Shown here piece after piece: positions 58,038-64,000 of a DNA stretch of 64,000 nucleotides; position 1 is the first letter of the stretch, and every line of letters starts with the position of its first letter. Source of the DNA: Vulcanimicrobiota bacterium (GTDB taxonomy: Bacteria > Vulcanimicrobiota > Xenobia > Xenobiales > JADMJV01); contig JBFWNU010000002.1 in assembly GCA_050250895.1 (NCBI GenBank), positions 599,659 through 663,658 of the forward strand, in the 5' to 3' direction. The position numbers and the translations under genes were made by a program. The notes beneath the pieces are model-generated. The model searched no databases, was not told the origin of the DNA, and was given only the letters and a program-made list of their open reading frames with translations.

Positions 58038-60201
58038 ATCGACGATCGCGTTCAAGGCGACGACCCTCGAGCGGGGTGGCGTGCTCGTCGAGTGGGGCGA
58101 GTTTCGGGCCCAGATCGGCGCCTATCCCGAGACCATCAAAGACACGATCGTCTCGAGCGAGGGCGTTCCCCAGATTTTCATCCTGCCCGAGCGACTGTTC
58201 GATATCCAGCAGGGTGTGACCATGGCCGAATTGGAGTTTCCGGTCTACTTCAACTTCTACGTCAAGCAACGAACGACTCGATTCGTTTGCCGGCAAGAGC
58301 AGCTCGGACCGATACTTCAGGTGCTCAAAGAATCGGTTTTCGGCCCCGCCGAACTAGACTATGCCCACGAGTATCATCGTGGCCGTGACTCGTTTGGCTT
58401 TCCCGACCTGGCCGACGAGATGAGCTATTTCAAGGAGGGTCCCGACGGCCGCAAGCTGCAACTCAACGACATGGTCACTCCGCGCGCCTTCGACCGCGAC
58501 GGGGTGGCCGAGATCGACGGAGTTGTCATCGAGGCGCTACCGCGCGACCACTATCGTTTCCGTCGGGGTAGCGAGCAACACGAGGTAGCCTTTTCACCTC
58601 TTCCCTTCGAATCGCTCAGTCTCGAAGGTCAGCGCTACACACCGCCAGTTTTTGGAGTCACCGTCATTGGCAGCGGGCACGGTTTCGACGCCAAGAGTTC
58701 GACTTCGGGTTTTCTCATCTGGCTCAACGGGCGCGGGGTTCTGGTCGACCCGCCGGTGCACTCCACCGACTGGCTGCGCCGCAGCGGAATCGACACCCGA
58801 CTGGTCGAGGATATCATCCTGACCCATTGTCACGCCGATCATGATTCAGGCACTCTGCAAAAGGTGCTCCAGGAGGGTCGGGTGGTGTTGCACACCACCC
58901 CCACCGTGCTCGAGAGTTTCATGCGAAAATACGGTGGCGTCACCGGCCTCACCTCAACGCAGTTTCGCAGTCTTTTCGATTTTCAGACCGTGACGGTGGG
59001 CGAGCCGATGCATATCGCCGGGGGGCGCTTCTGTTTCAAGTATACCTTCCACCCCATTCCCACCCTGGGGTTTGATCTCGAGTTCGGTGGCAAACGGTTC
59101 GCCTATTCCTGCGATACGCTCTATGAACCGACCATGCTCGGGCAGTTGGCCGACAGCGGCCGGCTCTCGCAGGATCGAGTCAAAGACCTGCTCGATTTCC
59201 CCTTTGATGCCGACCTGGTCTTTCATGAGGCCGGCGTCCCACCAATTCACACGCCCACCAGTGTGCTGGCCGAGCTGCCTGAGGAGAAGCGTCGCAATCT
59301 CTATTTGACGCACGTCTCGGACTCGGCCGTGCCCAGCACCTTGCGGCTTGCTCCCACCGGGGTCGAGAACACCCTGACGATCAAACTCGACGAGTTGCCC
59401 GACGTGACCCAGGCCCAGAAGATGCTCGAGGTGCTGGCCCACATCGAGATCTTTCAGGAGTTTCGTATCCGTAAGGCCCTCGAGTTTCTCTCGATTGCCG
59501 ACTACATGAATGTCGAGCCGGGCACCGTATTGATTCGCACCGGCGAGCCCGGCGACAAGTTCTTCGTGATCATTTCGGGCGATGCCCAGGTGATTAAGGA
59601 TGGCGAGGTGATCAAGGTGGCCAGCCGCTTCGACTATTTTGGCGAGATGGCTCTGGTCTTGAGCCAGCCGCGCTATGCCGATGTGGTGGCGCTGACCGCC
59701 ATGGAAGTGTTGGCCATCGGCCGTCGCGAGTTCTTGAACTTCATCGAGGGCACCGGGTTGCACGAGGTCCTGGAACGGGTCTCGGCCAACAAGATGCAGG
59801 GCTCCTGGCCCGTGCTGGGCGAGAACCGACTGCTCGGACCGCTCACCACCTATCAGAAGACCCAGTTGCTGGCCTTTATGGAGCTGACCCGCTTTGAGGC
59901 GGGCGAGGTGCTCTTTTCGGTCGGGCAAGCGGTGGACCGGTGTTTTCTCATCGACGAAGGCAAGGTCCGCCTGACCCACCCCGACGGAGACTCGGTCAGC
60001 CTGGGGCGAGGCGCCTTTCTCGCGGGATTGACCGACCGGAAAGAAGAGTCGATCTATCGAGTCAACGCCGGGGCCGTCGAGCCGACCATGGCCTACGTCA
60101 TGCCGGCAGGTCAGGTGCGGGCGTTCTTCGGAGCCAATCCTGGGACCTACGTGCGTCTATTGGCGGGACTTCATCACAACAAGTTCTGTTACTTGCCGTA
60201 G
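58027..60201 (+). CDS. MBL-fold hydrolase with two cyclic-nucleotide-binding domains (putative cNMP phosphodiesterase)
   Basis: THCHADHD, H..PT and HE.G motifs; cNMP domain G..FGE.AL....R.A.V.A; second cNMP domain degenerate. Confidence 0.85.
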   Translation: MSTESTIAFKATTLERGGVLVEWGEFRAQIGAYPETIKDTIVSSEGVPQIFILPERLFDIQQGVTMAELEFPVYFNFYVKQRTTRFVCRQEQLGPILQVLKESVFGPAELDYAHEYHRGRDSFGFPDLADEMSYFKEGPDGRKLQLNDMVTPRAFDRDGVAEIDGVVIEALPRDHYRFRRGSEQHEVAFSPLPFESLSLEGQRYTPPVFGVTVIGSGHGFDAKSSTSGFLIWLNGRGVLVDPPVHSTDWLRRSGIDTRLVEDIILTHCHADHDSGTLQKVLQEGRVVLHTTPTVLESFMRKYGGVTGLTSTQFRSLFDFQTVTVGEPMHIAGGRFCFKYTFHPIPTLGFDLEFGGKRFAYSCDTLYEPTMLGQLADSGRLSQDRVKDLLDFPFDADLVFHEAGVPPIHTPTSVLAELPEEKRRNLYLTHVSDSAVPSTLRLAPTGVENTLTIKLDELPDVTQAQKMLEVLAHIEIFQEFRIRKALEFLSIADYMNVEPGTVLIRTGEPGDKFFVIISGDAQVIKDGEVIKVASRFDYFGEMALVLSQPRYADVVALTAMEVLAIGRREFLNFIEGTGLHEVLERVSANKMQGSWPVLGENRLLGPLTTYQKTQLLAFMELTRFEAGEVLFSVGQAVDRCFLIDEGKVRLTHPDGDSVSLGRGAFLAGLTDRKEESIYRVNAGAVEPTMAYVMPAGQVRAFFGANPGTYVRLLAGLHHNKFCYLP

Positions 60202-60205
60202 GCCC

Positions 60206-60958
60206 TTAGTCGCTGGAAGGGCCGTTGAACCCGGCGATGGCACCCATGCTGAAGTGGTCGCGGCTATTTCTGAGGGTGAAGTTGATGGCGTCCTGGGGGC
60301 TGCCACTGGTGTCCATCCTCACATAGTCCCGACCGATGGCCGTCATATGATCGTTGAACATTTTCTCGACCGCCTGGCTGCCGTGCTCAGCGGCAAGCCC
60401 GGCCAGGCCGTCCTTGCCCTGGACCAGGTCTTTGGTTTCGGGTGTGAAGCCGGCCGCGGGCATTCCGTACTGCCCCTCGCCGGGCATCACCGACTGGCTG
60501 AGACGGTTGAACAGCTCGCCTCGGCGCAGGTCCTCGGGAGTCTTCAGCTCGGAGCCGGCCTGAATTCTGTCGATGCTGGGAAGGTTGTTGCTTTCTTTGA
60601 AAGCTTGATTGGCCTGTTGCACCTGGGTCTGGCTCGGGTTGGCAAAACCTGCCGCCTCCAGCGCCCTTTCGGATTCACGGGTCAGGTTGCTACCGGCCTC
60701 GACCTTCTTTGTGGGCTTGACCCCACCGTCAGGGAGCGGCTCGGTTTTGCCGAGGCCGCGGGTTGTTCCACCCCACGATTTGAGTCCCTGAGCCACGGTG
60801 CTGCCTGCTTTGCTAGGTGACTCCGGGCGTTTGGGCGCAGCGGCGGGTCCGGCCGGCCGGGCTGGGGTGCTGCGAGCTGCGGCCGGGGCCGCTTTCTTGG
60901 CCGGCGCGGCTTTGCGGGCCGGCGCCGGGGGTTTTGCTGTCGTACTTCTTACTGCCAT
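60206..60958 (-). CDS. Ala/Pro/Lys-rich protein with a LysM-like domain
   Basis: VEAGSNLT...N.L..IDRIQAG.ELKTP pattern; GGAGG/GGAG upstream. Confidence 0.6.
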   Translation of the reverse strand: MAVRSTTAKPPAPARKAAPAKKAAPAAARSTPARPAGPAAAPKRPESPSKAGSTVAQGLKSWGGTTRGLGKTEPLPDGGVKPTKKVEAGSNLTRESERALEAAGFANPSQTQVQQANQAFKESNNLPSIDRIQAGSELKTPEDLRRGELFNRLSQSVMPGEGQYGMPAAGFTPETKDLVQGKDGLAGLAAEHGSQAVEKMFNDHMTAIGRDYVRMDTSGSPQDAINFTLRNSRDHFSMGAIAGFNGPSSD

Positions 60959-61031
60959 CTCTCCACACTACCTCCTCGCATGACAATAGGTTGCCGAGTT
61001 GGTACAGGACCTTGGAAAATTGTTGGAAAAG

Positions 61032-61048
61032 TGTTACAGGGTTGTAAA
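61032..61048 (-). promoter_or_regulatory. box TTTACA-N5-GTAACA (TGTTAC-N5-TGTAAA on the + strand)
   Basis: 73 nt upstream of the 60958 start; fits the WalR-type TGTWAH-N5-TGTWAH pattern. Confidence 0.5.
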
Positions 61049-61624
61049 GGAGTTGTTTCTAGACATCGGCGTCCGGGCTCGAAAGGCCTTGACCTTGGCT
61101 AGTAGACGTTGCATGGTAGGCTCGCTGGCGAGCTGGGTGGCCTCTTCCAGGGAAAACCAGCCGAGGTCTTTGGACTCTTCGGTCTTCACCAGCTCGACCC
61201 GTGGGCTGGTGAAGAGGTAGCGCAGGTCGTAATGCCAGTGAAAGGGTACATCCGGCCGGGCCGGCACGGGTAGCACATCGACGTCGAACGGGACCGGTTC
61301 GAGCAGTTCGAGACAGGTGAGCCCGGCCTCTTCGGCCGCCTCGCGGCGGGCCACCTCGAGGGGGTCGGGATGACCGTCGCAGTGACCCCCCAGCTGGATC
61401 CACATGGCGAGCTTGGCGTGATGGGTAAGGGCGAGGTAGGAAAGGGTGGGATCGAGTACGACAGCGGAAGCCGTCAGGTGTCCCGGGGGGTGGCGGTGGA
61501 AGCATTCGGGAGTGGCTTCTACGAACTCCAGTATCTGGTGGAGGCGCTGGCTGTCGTCATACTGGTAGCCCGGACGGGTGGGTCGGTAGCGGGCCAGTTG
61601 CTCTAGCAGAAGGCGGCGATGCAA
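61034..61624 (-). CDS. NUDIX hydrolase
   Basis: GHLTASA, W.QLGGH.D......A.REA.EE.G and H.HYDLRY motifs. Confidence 0.9.
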   Translation of the reverse strand: MHRRLLLEQLARYRPTRPGYQYDDSQRLHQILEFVEATPECFHRHPPGHLTASAVVLDPTLSYLALTHHAKLAMWIQLGGHCDGHPDPLEVARREAAEEAGLTCLELLEPVPFDVDVLPVPARPDVPFHWHYDLRYLFTSPRVELVKTEESKDLGWFSLEEATQLASEPTMQRLLAKVKAFRARTPMSRNNSFTTL

Positions 61625-61627
61625 AAG

Positions 61628-62197
61628 CTAGCCCACCTCCTCCATCTCCCAGGAGAGGATTCGGATCATCCGTTGGAGGGTCCGCTCGAGACAACCTTGC
61701 CGGTTGGGTATGACATAGTCATAAAAGGGTGTGAACTCGAGGGCCTGGCGTGCGTTTTCAACCCTTTCGGCGATCTGGGCATGGCTGTGCGCCCCCCGGG
61801 CTTTGAGGCGCGACTCGAGTTCGTCGGGAGGCGTGATCAGGAAGAAGGCCACACTGGCTGGCCAACATTTGCGAGCCATGCCCACCGTACCCAGATCGAT
61901 CATGGCCAGGGCGTGTTGGCCGTCGTGGACCCTTGCGTCGACAGGCTGGCGCGGTAGGGCGTAACTCATGCCGAATTCGAACTTGCGATAGGCCGCGAAT
62001 TCGCCCCGGGCTAATCGGGCCTCGAAGTCGTGGGCGTCGATGAATTGATAGTCGCTGCCCGATTCGCCGTCGCGCCGAGACCGGGTGGTAACCCGCTGGC
62101 AGAAGCCCAGTCGCTCTCCGAAGTGCTCTAGAAGAGCTTGTGTGATGGTTGTTTTACCCGCCCCCGAAGGACCGTCGAGAAGAAAGATGCCGGCCAT
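61628..62197 (-). CDS. guanylate kinase-like (Gmk/PhnN family)
   Basis: GPSGAGKT, TTR..R.GE..DY.F and L..RL..RG motifs. Confidence 0.8.
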   Translation of the reverse strand: MAGIFLLDGPSGAGKTTITQALLEHFGERLGFCQRVTTRSRRDGESGSDYQFIDAHDFEARLARGEFAAYRKFEFGMSYALPRQPVDARVHDGQHALAMIDLGTVGMARKCWPASVAFFLITPPDELESRLKARGAHSHAQIAERVENARQALEFTPFYDYVIPNRQGCLERTLQRMIRILSWEMEEVG

Positions 62198-62244
62198 CCC
62201 CGTTGCTTCGCAGGACCGGCGCGAAATCCCGCCAAGGCGCGCTT

Positions 62245-62799
62245 ATGGATCGCTTACTGGAGCACACCCGGCGCGAGGCCCGCTATCTGGGCGAAGGCAT
62301 CGTCCTGGTGGATAGTTTTCTCAATCATCAGGTCGAGCCCGAGTTGATGAGCCTGATGGGACGGCTGCTGGCCCTCGGCTTCGAAGGGGTCGACCGCGTG
62401 CTGACGGCCGAGACCAGCGGCCTGCTGCCTGCCTTTGCGGCCGCTCAGGCGCTGGGGGTACCCATGGTGTTCGCCCGCAAGCGCCGGCTCAAGAACCTGA
62501 CCGACGAGGTGCTGGGAGTCGACGTTCTCAGTCGCACCGCGGGAGAGACCTTTCGACTTTCGGTGTCCCGTCGTTATCTGCCTGAGGGCGAGCGGGTGTT
62601 GGTGGTGGATGACTTCCTGGCCCGGGGCAACACCCTGGTGGGCCTGCTCGAACTGTGCCACCAGGCCCGGGTCGAGGTGGCCGGCCTGGCGGTGGTGTTC
62701 GAGAAGCCCTTCGAAGGCGGCCGCGAGAAGCTGGGAGGTGTCGAGGTGCGCTCGCTGATCACGATCGAGCTCGACGGCGACGAGGTCGTGTTTCGGTAG
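62245..62799 (+). CDS. xpt: xanthine phosphoribosyltransferase
   Basis: VDSFLNHQ, T.E.SG, FARK, VDDFLA.G and EK.F..G motifs. Confidence 0.88.
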   Translation: MDRLLEHTRREARYLGEGIVLVDSFLNHQVEPELMSLMGRLLALGFEGVDRVLTAETSGLLPAFAAAQALGVPMVFARKRRLKNLTDEVLGVDVLSRTAGETFRLSVSRRYLPEGERVLVVDDFLARGNTLVGLLELCHQARVEVAGLAVVFEKPFEGGREKLGGVEVRSLITIELDGDEVVFR

Positions 62800-62851
62800 G
62801 AACCCACCTGGAATGCCTCGTATTAGTGGCAAACTCTTCAAGGGGGGTTTC

Positions 62852-63454
62852 GTGACCACAACCCAACGACTGGCAGACTTCGTTCGCCCTACCGTTTTCG
62901 GCAGGTTTCGCATGGTGAGCTATAACCATGGCGGAAATTTCGCCTTCGCGGCCATTCAGGGCGAACTACCGGTGGATCATCTGCCGGTGCGGGTCCAGTC
63001 GGCCTGTCTGTTTGGCGAGTCGTTGGGGGTCAATTCGTGTGATTGCGCTGCCCAACTTCACGAGGCGATGCGTCTGGCTGCCCAGGCCCCCCATTTTCTG
63101 GTCATTCATCTACCCGGCCATGAGGGACGGGGATTGGGCATGTTCCAGAAGATCAAGGCGGTCGAGGAAGAGGCCGTGGCCGGCGTGGACATGATCGAGG
63201 CGTTTCATCGCCTGGGCCTGCCTCTGGATTTGCGCGACTACAAAGTGGCTGCCGACATCATCCGCGATCTCAACGGCGAGCGACCCATTCGGCTGTACAC
63301 CAACAATCCCAAGAAGGTTCACGGCCTCGAAGAGCACGGGTTGACCATTAGCGAGCGGGTGCCGCTGCTGGTCGAGCCGCCCAACGACGAGTGCCGGCGC
63401 TATCTCAACAGCAAGCGTGAAGGAATGGGGCACCTGCTTCCCCAGCTTGGCTGA
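62852..63454 (+). CDS. ribA: GTP cyclohydrolase II-like protein (variant)
   Basis: VRVQSACL...CDC, EGRGLG, RDY and TNNPKK motifs; start could instead be 62813. Confidence 0.82.
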   Translation: MTTTQRLADFVRPTVFGRFRMVSYNHGGNFAFAAIQGELPVDHLPVRVQSACLFGESLGVNSCDCAAQLHEAMRLAAQAPHFLVIHLPGHEGRGLGMFQKIKAVEEEAVAGVDMIEAFHRLGLPLDLRDYKVAADIIRDLNGERPIRLYTNNPKKVHGLEEHGLTISERVPLLVEPPNDECRRYLNSKREGMGHLLPQLG

Positions 63455-63459
63455 AGGCC

Positions 63460-64000
63460 TTGCCAGGCCCTGAAACCAGTCAGCTACGCACCATCCTGAC
63501 TGCCGACCTGGCCGGCTTCTCGAGCCGCCTTTCCACCGACGAAGCCGCTATCATCCGCTTGCTGGTCGACTCTTATTATCGGCTGGCGGAACGGGCTGTC
63601 GACTCCAACGGCGGAGAGCTCTTTCGTAAGGAGGGCGACGCTGTCTGGTGCAGTTTCTCCAGTGCCCGGGGGGCGGTGCAGGCGGCCATCGAGCTGCAAA
63701 TGGGTGCGCTGACCCACAATCGCGGCCGCGGAGCCGACAATCCCATGCACCTGAGGGTAGGCGTTCATCTGGGCGAGGTGGTGGTCACACCGGACGGCGA
63801 GATTCTGGGTCACACGCTTTCAGTGGCCAAACGACTCGAGACGGCTTGCGAGGTCGACGCCGTCCATCTTTCCGAGTCGGTGTACGCGCAGCTGGCGGGT
63901 TTGGACCTGGCTTTCGACTTCGAAGATCAGGGCGTGATCGACCTCAAGGGTGTGGGTCCTATCCGTACTTTTCTGGGTCGACCCAAGCACCGAACGACAG
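63460..64000 (+). CDS. class III nucleotidyl cyclase domain protein (runs off the window)
   Basis: hand translation TILTADLAGFS...RKEGDA...LRVGVHLGEV...ILGHTLSVAKRLE...LKG; absent from the ORF track because there is no stop in the window. Confidence 0.85.
   Translation, partial: MPGPETSQLRTILTADLAGFSSRLSTDEAAIIRLLVDSYYRLAERAVDSNGGELFRKEGDAVWCSFSSARGAVQAAIELQMGALTHNRGRGADNPMHLRVGVHLGEVVVTPDGEILGHTLSVAKRLETACEVDAVHLSESVYAQLAGLDLAFDFEDQGVIDLKGVGPIRTFLGRPKHRTT

Noticed and set aside
56857-58055. ORFs 56857-57702, 56957-57721 and 56979-58055, and the N-terminal extensions of the M13 and four-helix ORFs
   Set aside because: Repeat-derived open frames; a better RBS-supported start exists at 56835, and family homology of the bundle protein begins just after 53723
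58027-64000. Pycsar/CBASS-type defence system
   Set aside because: The cyclase and the cNMP-binding protein are separated by five genes and there is no defence-island context; kept only as a weaker signalling hypothesis

Overview
A GC-rich, gene-dense bacterial chromosome window with about 62 CDS and no rRNA, tRNA, CRISPR array, transposase or prophage that I can see. The gene content is reminiscent of Candidatus Eremiobacterota, but that is inference only. Housekeeping-type genes include an atypical cell-elongation operon (divergent mreB, an mreB-mreC fusion, mreD, mrdA, rodA), glpK-glpD, clpP-hemE-hemG, two-component and PilZ signalling genes, many peptidases and hydrolases, and a purine/cyclic-nucleotide-themed cluster at the right end. 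The signals most worth following up are: (1) A bipolar repeat element in three large copies (53.0-53.3, 53.8-54.4, 56.9-57.6 kb) plus a mini copy at 9.85 kb. It has a 50-bp core and outward-facing arms built from GCTCC plus GNA/GNNA-loop DNA mini-hairpins, and two copies bracket a four-helix-bundle (Avd/IVP-like) gene. (2) An 11-bp-period (G/T)T(A/T)ACA-like box found, in four cases about 55 nt, upstream of mostly lineage-specific hydrolase or hypothetical genes, many of which carry disordered non-Sec N-terminal leaders. (3) The MreB-MreC fusion, with catalytically degenerate MreB domains. (4) GAAC-N4-GTTC (LexA-like) boxes, an unannotated 36-aa membrane peptide, and a candidate sRNA. All product calls come from motif recognition by eye; no database searches were run.
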